From Raillietiella orientalis (lineage: Eukaryota): DNA of 64,000 nt. Made by a program: the position numbers and the translations under genes. Shown here piece by piece: positions 12,721 to 35,599 of the stretch (positions are counted from its first letter, which is position 1; the number at the start of each line of letters is the position of its first letter). The DNA lies in NCBI GenBank assembly GCA_036172245.1, contig JAYWIR010000019.1, positions 310,001-374,000 on the forward strand. Reading direction: 5' to 3'. The notes beneath the pieces are model-generated. The model had not been told where the DNA came from. It saw only the letters and a list, made by a program, of their open reading frames with translations, and did not search any database.

Positions 12721-13999
12721 CCGGCAGAAACGGGTGCAAAACCTGCCGCCTTTCGCGGCCTCATCTCGGCTGCGTGCTGTAAGAGAAGGGGTGCTCGCGA
12801 AGGTGCGGGAGACATCCTGGACTCCCGTGTCTCCAAGCTACTCGTGAGGGTGACTGAGTGTTCCATTGATGGTCACCGGCGTCCAACCCTTCGGCTGGAA
12901 ATTCCACGTGGACTTCCCTTCCAAGGAGAGCTAAGAATCTACCAAAGGTTTCCAAACAGGAAGGAGATGTTCCTGGAACTTTCGACTTCCATCCGTCGGC
13001 AACAAGGAGCGCCAAGGAGGCCGCAAGCTGCCTTCTTCACGCCGGGCTAGAGCACGAGGGGACGAGCCGAGAAACGAAGAGAGGCGATGCTCCTGCTCCG
13101 AGCAGCAGAATTACCGGATGATGAAAAGAACTCGAGAGAAGAAAGCAGCGAATAAGGAGGGCAGTGGGGTAAAAAAAAGAAGATGGCGAAACGAGGACTA
13201 TTAGCTAGACCCAATTTCACAATGCGGCGCCTGCTTCAGGAGCGATGCTGCTAGAAAGAAAAAGAAAAGGATTCCGTCGACAGCACTCTTCCTCCTTAGG
13301 ATGCGGAGACGGCGTCTCCTGCAACTAAGAAGAAAGAGTGCATTGTAAAATTTTGCACATTTCATCAGTATTGCACACTTCGCTTATCAAAACACAGTTG
13401 AGTTCCTCTGCCTAAGATGTGATTCCAAACGCTGCACCGAGCTGCAGATGTGATGTGAATGCATCCACCGATTTCACTGTTGTTTCATCCGTGTGATGCA
13501 CGACGATGCGCCCGTTAAATTCAATGAACTGGACGTGTAATTTTGTTCTGGAATCTTGAGCAGCATTAAATAGTAGTCAGGGTTTCCTCCACCCGTCATG
13601 TTCTTCAGCTCACCAACATCCTCATGACATGGCGCTTGGCCAAGGATGTTCAGGAAAGAACGGCAGAATCTTTCGCTATTGGAAGACAGCGATCCCCATC
13701 CTGCGGGCGGGTCTCATGGAGAAACGAAGCACTACGGTGTTTCAATTGATCCTTCAGATGAATCAGAAGATGCAGGCAACCTTTCCATGCGTTGTCTTCA
13801 AGCGACGCATCAACACCATATGCATCCAATATTCATGTGTCAACGTGCTGCGTGCATGCGAGCCTCACATTCCGACTGCATGAGTTGCATACATAGTGTT
13901 GTACTCACAGTGCATTTTTATACATTCTTCACATAGCATTGCATGAATTGTACCGTGTGCCCTTGAACACATCCACACATTCCATCCATTCACTGTAGT

Positions 14000-15110
14000 T
14001 GACCTTCAGGCTGTCTACAATCTCGTTAGGCGGCACGCTTGCAAAGACTCCGGTCCACTGCGGTCTTCACTCTTCCTCTGTAGCGCTGAGCTGCCAACGC
14101 CGAACTGTTCTAAGATGGAGGAAATTGGAGGAAGCCTTCTCCCTTGTTCCTTTTGCGCGTTCTCCAGCTTCCCTTTCAAATCAACAGTCCCTCCTCACCG
14201 TGCCATCTGCCCGGAGCACGCCGACTCGTTTCTCTTGGTGCAAAGCACTTCGCCATGGATTCCAAGGTGCAGAGGGTGCCGTCGCCGAGACATCTTTCGA
14301 ACTGCAGATCCATGGGAGTCTTTATCCCGGAAGAGATTCTTCATATTTTCCCGGAAGTCGGAAGACGTTCCAGGCGATGCGGTCTGTGTACCCGCGTTCA
14401 GCTTCCCACTTCCTCGTCCTTCCCAGGGAAAGAAAACTTTTTCCTTCCCTGCCCGCACTGCACGACGGATTCCTCCGAGGACTTGGGGATGACTGGACCA
14501 CGTCCGAAGGCTGTTTGAGTGGATTCCTTCCTCCACGGTGAGATGTAACCGGCGTGTCTGAGAACCATCAGCAAGATTGGTTCACCGACGGCGGCGACCA
14601 AACCCTTGCGCCGCGCACTCTTCCTCATCTTCGCTCGCTGCAACCTCCTTGCCATCCTCCGACGGTGGAACGCCGGGAGGCACGGACGGCTCCGTCCCGG
14701 CGGCTGGGCGTTGACTCGACCGCTGGAGCGCCTTCCATCTTCGGGTCAACAATGCAGTCGAGGAACAATGCAACCTAAGAATACGCGGTGAGCCATGAAA
14801 CACCACCGGTCTGCCTGGAGTGCGATTCCGTGGCGCGAGCCGTCGTCGAGCGCCATCAGGAGGATCCCGACTTCCCTGGTCAAGGCCGTGCTGACGTCCG
14901 TAGCAGCCAACCTCTCCCGTGGGATCTGGCGAGCGCCGCGACCCGGCGTTGGGTTCATCCCGCAGGGCCCGTTCTTCTGCTTGCCGGAATCGGCCCGCTG
15001 AGGACCACTCGAGGCTGCCAACAGTCTGAGGGCTCAGCGTCCAGGCGAGCTGGAGGAATCATTGGCTTCATGTTTGAGAGAACAGGCCGAGGTCCATCCC
15101 CATTGTGACG
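14000..15110 (+). mobile_element. Highly decayed L1/Tx1-like ORF2 3' fragment
   Basis: Degenerate zinc-finger region (HETPPVCLECDSVARAV) and downstream nucleotide similarity to 12080-12480 and 28920-29250 (rc). Confidence 0.4.
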
Positions 15111-17019
15111 GGTCGTCCGCGTTTCTTACTTGAGGGTATTCCAGAGAGCATCCTCGGCGATCCGAGTCGTCTTTGCGGAAAGGCACGAACATGGAAGGAC
15201 GGAAAACCGGGAGGGGCAGGCGAGGACGGACCTCCCGGTAGTAGCGGCAGAAACTCATGAGGTGGCGAACCCGAAGGCGATGACGCAAGGATCTTTTACC
15301 CACCGACGACTTCGGCGGTCCTCTGATGGGGGTACTTTCGTTTCCGCGTGCTCCCGGCATAGATCCATTCTTTCACCTTCCAGCCCTCAGCACGGGTCGG
15401 AGGATGCAAGCGAGTCGCGAGACGCATCCGAGGCTGGAACAAGCGCGAATCCGCAGCCTCCCTTACTGGAGCAGAGCCATCTTCCCCGCATACTCCCAGA
15501 AGGGAAAAAGATGCGCGGGAAGCTCGTGCCAGGGGGCGCTTGGAAATAGACTTCTGCCCTTGATCCGTGGGGACCTCCGCCTGCATCTCTTCAGGAGGGA
15601 GGCGGCTGTCCCGCTTGCTGGCGCCACTCCGCTGCGCCGCCTCGGGTTGCCGAGCCGCGCAGCATGGATAGCCCCCTTCCCGAGGAGTGAGCGGAACACT
15701 CGCCTTCCTGGAGGAGTTCCCGGAACCTGCGAGGCAATCCCTGTTCTTTCTTCCTCCATTTTCTGGACCCTCTTCTCTTCTCTCTGCTCTTCCTCCTCTT
15801 TTCTCCTCCACCTCCTTATATCTCTACCCTTTCCCACTCGTATGTGCATCTCTTTCCTCTGCCCTCTTCCATCCCCGCGAAAGCCTCCCCCTCGCACCCT
15901 CTCGTTCCCCTTCGCCTCTGCCACTTCTCCACCATGCTGCAACAGGAGGAAGCTGCATCCCGCGTGGAGAAACCCTGCGGACGATGGCCCGGGAAAGGGT
16001 TGTCCTCGGGGTGCGGCAGAATTCCCGCAGGGAGCAGCCAGTGCAGGAGAACCGCAGGGACACCCGTAGACGAGGGGAGAGGCTGCGAATATCGTCCTGG
16101 GGGCATTCCCGGCGAACCCTCCCGCCGAAGCCGCCCCTTGCAATGGCCGCCACTTGGGAGTCGCGGCGTCAACCGGCTGGTACGCCATGAAGGGCTGTCG
16201 TCATTGGTCTTGCGATGAGGTCCGGAAGGAACTTTCGCTCCTCCCTCCCTGCTGGCTGGCTGCCCCAGAATCCACTTCGTCGGTCACTTCCCGAACGCCG
16301 GATGGGAAACGGGAGGGCGGGTTCTGGGTTGACCCCGATCCCGTGACCTCGGCCGAGCGGTTCTCGCAGGTACTCCTCTTAACTGACGATCAGTGTTGCC
16401 AGATTTGGTCCCAAAACTCCGGCCAGCAGCCGGCTCTATGGTCCTCTGCAGGTGCGTGCGAAAAAGGCAACCTCCGTGCGCCGTTGCTCCTCGTCGTCCC
16501 CGTCGTCATTGTCGTTGGAGCCACGATAGTCTTCGCAGTTATTGTCTTTCTTACCGCCGCCACCACCACCATCATGGCCACCTCTGCCATCTTCATCATC
16601 GTCGTCATTGGCGGCATCATCATATCCCCTCTCCTCCTCCTCCTCCTCCTCCGTCTTCGTCTTCGCCACCATCGCGGTGACCTCAGCTCCTGGGGATCTT
16701 GAGCATCTAAGGGCGGCATCTTCGCGGCCGCTGGAGTGGCAGGACCAGGTCGGAACTCGTTAGTCCTCCAGCTCGGAGTGGCGTCCTCATCCGTTGCGGT
16801 CGCAGGGGCTCCATGTGACCGTTTCGGGTCCTCAAACTTCCGGCGGCGGCCGGGATGCAAGCAGGGATCCAGGAGGAAAGGAGGCCGGGCCCCGCCTTCG
16901 CTTTCGCTCTCCTCCGCTAGAGGAGGCTCTCTCCGGTGGCTCCTGCGGGGGCGGGCGGGATTGCGCTTCCTCGCGGCCGGAAACGCGACGGGGCGCTCGC
17001 GGGAAGGTCACCCGTCACA

Positions 17020-26939
<9,920 letters not shown>

Positions 26940-27359
26940 ACGGTCGGCCACACCTATGCGCCCCCTCACCGCCATTTCACCGCTGTCCCTGCGCCATTTC
27001 TTGAGGCCCTCGCAGCGGCCGAAAATTAAAAAAAAAAAAAAACAATCAAAACACCATGGGAACGGCAGTCTCCGGAAGGAGGAAAAGTGCCACATCCTCC
27101 TTCCATTCTTTCACTCCCACTCCCTGTAGCACATCTCGTGTCACATCCAATAGGGCACTCTCGATCCGCCGCCTTCTCGGCTGCCCTTCCTGAGGTCAGG
27201 AGTGGGCTCGCTGTCACCTGGCAACGCGCAGCCCGCCGCATCCGCCTCCTTCCTCCCTCTTATTCCCGGGAGCTCCCCCTTCGCCCAGCTCCTGGTCACT
27301 CTTGGAGAGCCGGACGGCAGTAAAGAGGAACTTTTGAAGCGCAGGACTGCCATCAGGTG

Positions 27360-28390
27360 AGCTCTCGTCGCCCTCGCACCCAGAGTCACGCGAACCTGAC
27401 CATCCCGTCTCCATCGGCCGTGGACGCGGGATCGCTCACAGAGACATCCCTCCGGACAGCGGCTGTTTCTGAGGTCAAATGTGCCCGGAAGGCGGAAGGG
27501 AGTCTCCCTGTGCCGTATTTCCAGACGTTGCCAGATGTCGCGGCGGTAGGAGGTAGATCTCCGTCCCTTTGCGAACATGGGTGGGGAAGCCTTCCAGACA
27601 CAGTCGCTCTTTTTGTTCGTCCGGATGCCCAAAAGGAAGGCTTCATGGAGAGAAACGGGTGCAATCGATAGGGGCAAAGGTTACCGTCAAATTTCCATCA
27701 CCACTTGCAAGCTCTTGATGGACGAATTCCCCCCAACCACCCCCTCGGTCAGAATCGTTGGCGCTCCCTTTCCACCCCCCGCTATCGCTAACTCTCTCAC
27801 CGTGCGCTCTGCCATCCCCCTGTTCACCTCTTCGAGGCAACCCTACCACTGGCCACCTCACCACGTTATCCAGGGCAGTCTTTTCTCTTTACCTCCGCCG
27901 CAACCCTCGGCACCTCCTGGTCCACCCAACATCCCCAACTTTGGTTCGCCGGATATCCAAGAACCGTTCCACTGGGGGCTCATGAAGTTCTTTGACACCG
28001 TCCGCGCCAAACGCACCCTCGGGTGGCTGACGAAGGTAGCCACTCGAGGGTGCGTGTGAACTCCTAAGAAAGGGAGCACCCTCTGAATCCAGGAAGGCTT
28101 CAGAGAAAAGAGTCCGTTCCTCCTACTCCTGGGAGGAAAGTTCTTCCTTATCCTCTCCGGAGCAACCCTCGATTTGTGGGGGGGGGGGACATTCGTCATT
28201 TCTCCTCTGAAGGGACCCTCTCCCTGTTTCCTCCTCTGAAGAGACTCCCGCAGGGTCGCTTCCCAGTTTCCCTGAAGGGCACACACCGAAGGGAGCAGCA
28301 CGCTTCTTGGCACTCTGGAGAGGTATCTATTCACCAGCTCCACGGCACTCGATGGATTGACACCCGATCACACCGGGGCATTTATTTATA
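27360..28390 (-). mobile_element. Penelope-like retroelement relic (linker plus GIY-YIG-like end)
   Basis: YLSRVPRSVLL, RVLPFLGVHTHP (PLE linker) and HPCS...GTGRLPSAFRAHL (cf. GIY-YIG YxGxTGRxLxxRxxEH); diverged copy at 6900-7500. Confidence 0.5.
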
Positions 28391-28665
28391 AAATCAACAC
28401 ACGCGTCTGTGGCAAGACTTTCGACCCCGCCACGTTACATGTAACCACGAGAAGGAACCTGTCGGGAACTGGCACGCGGTCCAACGGAGTTTGACCCGGC
28501 AGTGCAGGGGAGACAAACAAAAAGAAAACAAAGAAAAAAAAATACAGTTAAAAAAATGGGGTGGGGGTCAGAAAGGGATCGCAGTGTGCCGGAGGGCGTC
28601 CTCTGCATCCTTGTAAGGATGTCCACAAGTTCCTGTTTCAAGACTACCAGATGGACCATCTTCAC

Positions 28666-28910
28666 GCTCTTCCCGCGGTGAGTGAAAGGGAAGGGCGAAA
28701 GTCTTCGGGAGGGAAGTGTTCTCCCCGCCTTTCCCCTTCTTCCTGAGCGGTAGAAGGTGGGGGCTGTAATGAGCTCACTCCGGGTCACACATGCTGCGAC
28801 AGCCTTGCACACGCAACAAGCAGGCAAGCGAGGGCCTCTCGTCGTTCGCTTCTACGACGACGACGTCTCTCTGGACACCTCGACGGTGGGAGGGCGGGAG
28901 ACGACAGCAG
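28666..28910 (+). repeat. ~245 bp direct repeat, copy 2
   Basis: Same sequence as 25320-25565 with only a few substitutions or indels. Confidence 0.93.
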
Positions 28911-28919
28911 AATAGATGA

Positions 28920-29900
28920 CATCCCTATCGTTGTGGCCTCCTCTGGCGTTGTTCCATGCAGCCATGGTTCCGCCACGTGGGCAGCATAGTGCTGCTAGGG
29001 ATGTTGCCGGCGTGAAGCAGGAAGAGACGCTTAAGAACGTCTCTGGGATTTTGTCCTAGGGGATCCGCATGAACGCGGCAAAACGCTCCCACAGGGGACA
29101 GAGGGCAACACACTCCACTAGGAGGTGTGGGAGGGACTCTCCCTCGCCGCACCTGTCGCAGTTTGGGTTCACCTCCTCCCCCAGGTCCAATAGTGTCGGC
29201 GGGCGTTGCACGGGAGACCCCAGTGCAGCAGCAGCATCAACGCCGACTCCTGCCACTTTAGGGGGAGGGTAGCACTGCTCCAGCACGCTGGGGACCACTA
29301 CACCTCCTCCGGAGGAAAGATGGCTCCTGGTGCTCAATGGAGGGTACCCCCTGGGGTGCAGTACGGCTCCATTTTCACCGCCAGAGGTAAACCCCGAACG
29401 TCTCCTTGATTCCCCTGTGGATTCCCTGATCCTTGAGACTCGGAGTGTTGATTTCCTATCCCGGCCAGTCAACGGTGGATCTGGTTTCTGGCTTTCGCTA
29501 GTGCCATACCCGAAGTCAACCGAGACCCAACCAGCGTTATCTTGCGGGGGAAACTCGAAACCCACGACGCACCCCCCTTTCTCCTCTAAAAAACTAGGAG
29601 GCCCATAATCCAACCAGTTCTTCCTCTCTAAGATGCACATCCTCTGCCTGACACACCCTCTTTAGCATACCCTTAACCGCCTTCATAGGCTCCATCCCTC
29701 TTTCTTCGAATTGTAAGCTTAGAATCAATCGTGGCTGGTGACGCCGCGGAGGAGAGAGCAGCTTGACGATTCCAGACGCCACCTACCGAGGCAGGCTGTC
29801 AGACCGCGAGGGATTGACATCCCTGCCTCTGCTCAACCTTTGCGGGGCTGAAGCAACTCAGCTCCCCGCTGCAGCAGATGGGTCTCCCTCCCCTACCTGC
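28920..29900 (-). mobile_element. L1/Tx1-like ORF2 3' fragment with zf-RVT
   Basis: VNPNCDRCGEGESLPHLLVECVALCPLWERF CCHC finger; PASVGG (post-RT motif) near 29790. Confidence 0.8.
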
Positions 29901-30249
29901 CAACCATCGCCTCGCTGCTGCAGGAATCTGTTGATGCCCCGTGCACGGAGACGTGACGTCTGCGCTGAGGATGCACCTCCCCGTCGACCACCCGGAACAC
30001 TTCCGAAAGGACACGAAGGAGGCGAAGGATGCGGAGGAGTTCCACTTACGCCCGCTTATTTTCCACAGGGTCCTCACTGCGGAAGAGGAACGGCGGCTGC
30101 CGACCGGCAGGGCGGTCGCGTTTCCAATAACAAAGCGCTGGAGTCTACAGAGCGACCGTCCCGGTGGAGTCGGAATGAAAAATCAGGAGGGACCGCCCAA
30201 AGTGTCCACCACCTCGCCTCCCTGGAAGCGGCATCGCAGAATTCTTCAC

Positions 30250-30950
30250 CACCAGCGCTACCAGTGCAGTGCAGTGCGACTGCTGCTAGTAACAGCGCTA
30301 CTTTCAGGGCCCACATTCTATCATAACCAATGCTAGTAGGGTCACTGCCAGTGCTGCCACCACCATTGCAAATACAACTGCTAGCTTCGGTATCACCAAT
30401 GCTTCCGCCACCATCCCCAGTACTATTACAAGCGTTACCACCATCAATGCTTCCACTACTAATAGTCTCAGTATTGCCAGGACCAGAACCAGTAGCTGCC
30501 ACTACCTCCGGCAGTACTAATGCTAGTGTCAGATCAGTATTTTTCCCGTTGCCACGAGTGCAACTAGGGTCACCTCTAGCAGTGCTACCACTACCTAAGT
30601 CACCATTACTTCTAGCGTCAGTACTGCCATTGCTGCTACGACCACTAGCACTCTTGCTGCAGTGCTGCTGTGCACCAGCACCGCCACCGCTACTCCTAGC
30701 GACAGAACTTTCAACGTTCTCACGAACACCAGTACTAATAGTGCAGTGCGGCTATTGACTTCCGCACTCCTCCTAGAATCAGTACGGCTGCTGCTGCTAC
30801 CTTCGTTCTACCAGTGCAGCGTTGTCACCACAGCCAGCACTACTTCTACTGCCAGTTACCAGTCGTTCTACCACCACCAGCACTACCAGCCAGAGCTGCC
30901 ACCACCGCCGCCACTTCCAGCGTCAGTACGACCAGTGTTGCCTCCTTCAG
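30250..30950 (+). repeat. Degenerate ACT/ACC/GCT trinucleotide-like low-complexity tract
   Basis: Runs such as ctactaccagtgctgccaccaccattgc; similar tracts at 46900-47420 (rc), 51090-51360 and 51970-52860. Confidence 0.8.
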
Positions 30951-31949
30951 CTTTGCTGGCGTCTCGGGTCGCCTCTTCCGGTGCGTCTCCGATCCGGGCG
31001 CCGGACACCGCACCTCCGCTTCTGCCGCGGTACCGCAGCCGGAGATCGGTGCTCCAGGAGGAAGTGCTGGGCGCTGGGCCTCGAGAGCGGGGACGGACCT
31101 GCGGTGCCTGGGAGTACCGGGGGAAATCGGCGCCACCCCCCGCCCCCTTTCCCGGACAGCCTTCCTCCCCCTCGTCGCCTTCTTTGGGTGGAGCCGGCTG
31201 CGCTTGCCTCGGCCCGGAGGCGCACGGTCTCGCCATCACCACCACCTGGCGGGGAGGGGTGGAAGTTTGCCCGAGGTAGGCGGGGCTCTGTCCGAAGGAG
31301 CGTGGGCGCCTCCCGCCCCCTCCTGCAGCGCGGACTCCTGCCGCAGCCATCGCCACGACGGCTCCCTTCGGCACGGGGGCGAGTCGCCCCGGGAAGACGG
31401 CGATTGCTGACCGAGAAGAGGAGGAGGAGGAGGAGGCCTCCGAGAGGATGGCCGTTCTCCCGGTCATCCTCTCGGCCAGCTCGTGCCGGCGTTGCGGAGG
31501 TCGGCGAGCTGATCGCGGCTCACTCCTTGCCCCCCAGCCACGCACCCAGAGAGGAGTATCAGCGGCGTCCTTTCCCTCCGCTGAGCGGCGGGACGGCAGC
31601 ACGGTGACCCCCACTCCTGCCCCAGGCCGACCACGCGGCGGACGCTACGCGCTCCCCTCCTTTCGCGTTTCCTGGTTGCGCGTGCGGGCGTTCCCATTGG
31701 GTGGCCGCCCGGCGTGCTCTTCTCGTCCCGGAAGTCCATCGCGATGGGCAAGCCAACGGGATCCCAATGGGACCACCCTCACCGCGGCGTAGGACTCGTG
31801 GGGGGAGGGGAGTATAGGAAGGCGTAGTGAGGCCCGTAGGTAAATAGAGGATGCGAAGGGCCTGCCTCGAGGCTCTCAGGAGGGTTCCGAGTGCCTGGGT
31901 AGGGACAGATGGGTGGAGTGAGCTCAGCGGGGTCAGTCCGTCCATGGTC
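30740..31949 (+). repeat. ~1.2 kb inverted repeat, left arm
   Basis: Reverse complement of 45881-47096 with only scattered differences; the ORF track gives near-identical peptides on opposite strands (e.g. 261 aa 30822+ / 46229-). Confidence 0.97.
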
Positions 31950-32400
31950 GCTGAAAAAAAGGAAGAGAGGAGGAAGAGTAAGGGAGGATGCGAAGCACCT
32001 AACTTTGCGGGAGGATGGTGGGGTCCACCGGTTCACCCAGGAGGATGTCGAGATTGTCTGTCCAGCAGTGCACTCCTCTGGAGAGAACGCTTGGTGTCGC
32101 GGAGTTTGGGAATTTTTGAGTCTAGCAGTCACTTATGGGTTCCTTGACTCCTACTACGCAGCAGAGAAGCATCTACCTAGCCTGTTGGCCGCTCCGATTA
32201 GGCTTCGATGGGGATGAAAATGCGGCGGCTAGAGAGGAGATGGTGGCGCGTGTCCCTGCGCGTGGAATCCTGCTGTGTCTCCTGCAGGTCCACTGTCCCG
32301 AGGCATCGGACGGGGCGCAACAGTTGCAGACTGGTCTTGGGAACCGCTGCCCAAGCATCCACGCTCTCCTGGTGCCAGGTGGTGGGGATTTTTTGTAAGT
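31940..32400 (-). mobile_element. Decayed APE endonuclease domain of a non-LTR element
   Basis: VDLQETQ (cf. LQET) and FFSDHG (terminal SDH). A separate degenerate APE piece (ILLVQRDHL...DHG) abuts the other IR arm at ~45500-45890 (+). Confidence 0.45.
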
Positions 32401-35400
32401 ACAATGGAGAGCCAATACTCCGTATGTGACCTCCTTCCTCCGCCTTTCCTCCTTCCCAGCCTGCAATATGCCCCTACGAATCTTCCACTAGGCACGGAAG
32501 ATTTGTAAAAGCAGAAGAGGGCCTCTGTTCTTGCCTTCCTGCCATGCTCTTCTGCTGCTGCCATCGCCAGGCTGCTGTTTATCCTGCCCCTGCCGAGGTC
32601 TCTGCTCTGCTGCCGCGAAACTTTGTCAGTCCTTTTGTGAGTCCCTGCGCATCAGGCGGCGCCCAGCATCCCCCCAGACGGCAGGCGTGGCTGACGGCAG
32701 GGCAGAGGTGACCTTCATTCGCGCAGCTACAAGTAAAAGATGAGAAATGAATTCTACGTCAAGAAGCATCCAGAATGGTCTTCATCCATGCGGAAAGGAA
32801 CGCTTTTTCACTATCAGTGCTTTGGAGTCATTTTTTTTCTCCGTAGATGTGTATCATCCAAGTCCGATCCAGCCGCAGGACCAATTGCTGGAAAGCGGGT
32901 GCAGACCACCCTCCCAGGATGAATTTCTGTTTCCAAAACAGGACCCGTCCTGTCCGACATCGCCCTGACTCCATCACGGTCCCACTCGCGACCAACAGCT
33001 GCGCTGGCATCGCGGGGAAGATCACTGCAAGCCAAGGGTCGTCCGCATTGGGATGAGGCAAATTTACGCTGCCATAAATTTGAGGAGGCATCATGGAGGG
33101 ATGCCGGTTGCCTTCCGACCCATTTCACGAAGGCCGCTGCGGCGTCCTATCTCTTCCCTCAATGACGAGGCACCCAAGAAGTTATCCGCCAGAGGGTGTT
33201 CCACGTGGGTTTGTCCGCCACCGAAGCGAACGCTTTCGAGAAGAGAACGGCTCCTTTATCTTCCTGTAGCACTGGCGATGTCCTCGAAGAGCTTCGGTAT
33301 GCCGTACTTTAAAAGGCAGGCCGCAAGGCATTGCTGTTTTACCTCTTTGCCTCCCAAGTGCAATCGACACTTGCGCTCCATCTTCACCGCTGCGCTGACC
33401 TAGCTCCGACCTTCGCCCTCCGGGAAGTCGAGAGAGAGACAAGGACCAGACAGTGGTGCCGTCCCTGGACGACCTTGAGCTCCCGGAAGACCTCTTGGCT
33501 CGCAGAAGGTCGGCTTGCTGAGGCAGTTTGCGGGATTCTGGGCGGGTGGTCACTACGGGCCGGGCGTCGAACCAGCAGATGGACGACAAAGTAGCCGCAT
33601 GCGGGAGGGCCGTGGGTGGCCCTTGGCTGAGGGTGATACATCGCCAGCTCCAAGTTCACCGGCATCGCCTCCAGCAGATGGACCTCCGGCACGCGTCGCA
33701 ACTGCACGCTGAGCCCTTGAAGAGGTACAGCAGCAGCGGTTGCAACCCATCTTCCACGCGGTGCTTGTGTATCTCGGACTGCCCCGGGCAGTTCCTGAGC
33801 ACAGTCTAGTCACCGTCGGTGGGGGCAGCTCTCACATTCCTCTCTTCTTCCTCTTCTCCTCCTCCCTTCCTTTTCTCCCTCCTCCCTTCACCTCCTCCTC
33901 CCCTCTTCCCTTCCTCCTCTTCCTTTCTCTTTCTCCTTTTCTTCTCACTTCCTCCTCCTTTCCTCCTCCCTTCCTTTTATCCTTCCTCCTCCTCCTCCTC
34001 CCTTCACATTCTCCCTGCTTCCCCTTCACGCAACGGCACTTTTCTTTCTCAACCTTTTCTTGCTTGCTCTGGAGTTTCCCGTGCAACCAATGTCGGAACC
34101 ACTGGACGAGAGAGAACACGTCCAGTAAGGGTGACCTGTGTGCATGCAAACCAGGAAGAGAGCCTGCCAGCCTCCGCGTAACTCCCGCTTCCATTTCCGG
34201 CCACCCTCGAGTGACCGCCCCATTTCCAGCATCTTAACGTGGCTGCCTGCTGACGTCGAAGAGGAGAGATGGGGGCGATGAAGAGGAGAACGGATGGGCG
34301 AGCTCGCCCACAGAGCACAGGAAGCTTCTTCAGAGAGGGTGAACCGTCGCGGATGTGGCATTCCCTAGCTCAGGCATACCAAAAGCCGTACGCCCCGCTC
34401 CTCTTTGGTCTCGCGTTCAACCCTCGATGCTCCTGTGAAAACGAGCGTCAAAAGCCAGCAATCCCCCGCAGAGCAAAAGCGCCTCCTTGGAAGCGATGAG
34501 CTTCACGTCACACTCAGTCTCCGACCAGCGACGCTAAGCTCAGGTGAAGGGGCGTGTCGGGATCGTGAAACCAAAGTGGCCTCTTGCTACCCCGAATGGA
34601 ATGATTCCCTTCCCCCCTCTACCCTTTCGCAGGACGCGCACGTTTCTACACAACCTTCCGCGGATTCTCCACGCCATACAGGCTGTGCGACAACACCGAA
34701 GCGCTGCTGCCGCCACGTGAACGGGCGAGTGAGATGCCTAAGCGTTGCATTCGGTGAGGCCATCTCCCGGCGGGAGGAGGAACGGGAGTGGGAGGGCTCC
34801 CGCCGCGAGGCAAGAGGAAAGTCCCCGAGCAAAGCTCCTCTGAGTGTTGCCTAGAGACGGAACACTATCGGAGAAAGGGGCTCGGTTGGCACCTTCGAAC
34901 GAAACTGATGCGCGCACCCTCGAGGAGTTGTTTCCTCTCCGCCTCCTCCGGAACCGAGTCACGGCATCACTAGCTGAAGAAGAGTCATGATGGAACTAAA
35001 CATCTCTGGACTTCGTGCACTGAAGACTCCTCTTGCAAGCAATCCGCCAACCAGTGGGGAGGAGAACCTGGTTACAGCTGGCAACGAGTCCAGAGTACGA
35101 AACGGCAGCACACTGATCTTCCTCTTCCACACGTTCTGGACCAGTTCGTGGGGAGGTCTATCTTGAAAGTGAGACTATCTTGAGCGGCTGAGCGATTTTC
35201 CCAATCAACCGCTTGCAGCACTTCCGCATTTCCTGCCTTAACGCGAAGTGGCCATGTTCCTCCCCACTCATTACGGCTTCCCGACGCAAAGAGGAAACGG
35301 ATGCCGCAATCGTATCTCCAGGACCTTATCACCATTCATACGTGGAATTCCTCCTCCATGTTGTTGCTGGAAGCGTTTGCTCGATGAAAAATCCGGTCAA

Positions 35401-35599
35401 GTCCCCAGGCTGACATTTGGTTCATTAGCACGGTGCTGCTGAATCATTAGCTTATCGCACAAGCAGCAGCCTCAGGAGACGCCGTCCTCGCTTAATTGAT
35501 GCCAGCTCCAGCAGAGGGTTGGCAAAGAAGACAGGGTGACACGGATGCCATTGCTTGCGTCCTCGCTGAAAAGCTTTTCACCGACTGGTTGTCAGTGAA

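Noticed and set aside
27025..27042. ATTAAA plus A-run after the amylase stop as a retrocopy poly(A) tail
   Set aside because: The gene has introns and genomic A-runs are common throughout the window; at most a candidate polyadenylation signal.
28027..28065. CTGACGA as a hammerhead core in the hairpin loop
   Set aside because: No correctly placed GAAA or NUH; better explained as a simple inverted duplication.
30662..31792. Long overlapping ORFs (198-261 aa), mirrored at 46044-47246
   Set aside because: Open in many frames on both strands because of high GC and low complexity; duplicated only because they lie in the inverted repeat; no domain recognisable.
33400..34640. RTE-like (GRRTSRW) and CR1/L2-like (EWNDSLP) C-terminal motifs
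   Set aside because: Single short motifs; probably old LINE debris but too weak to list as features.
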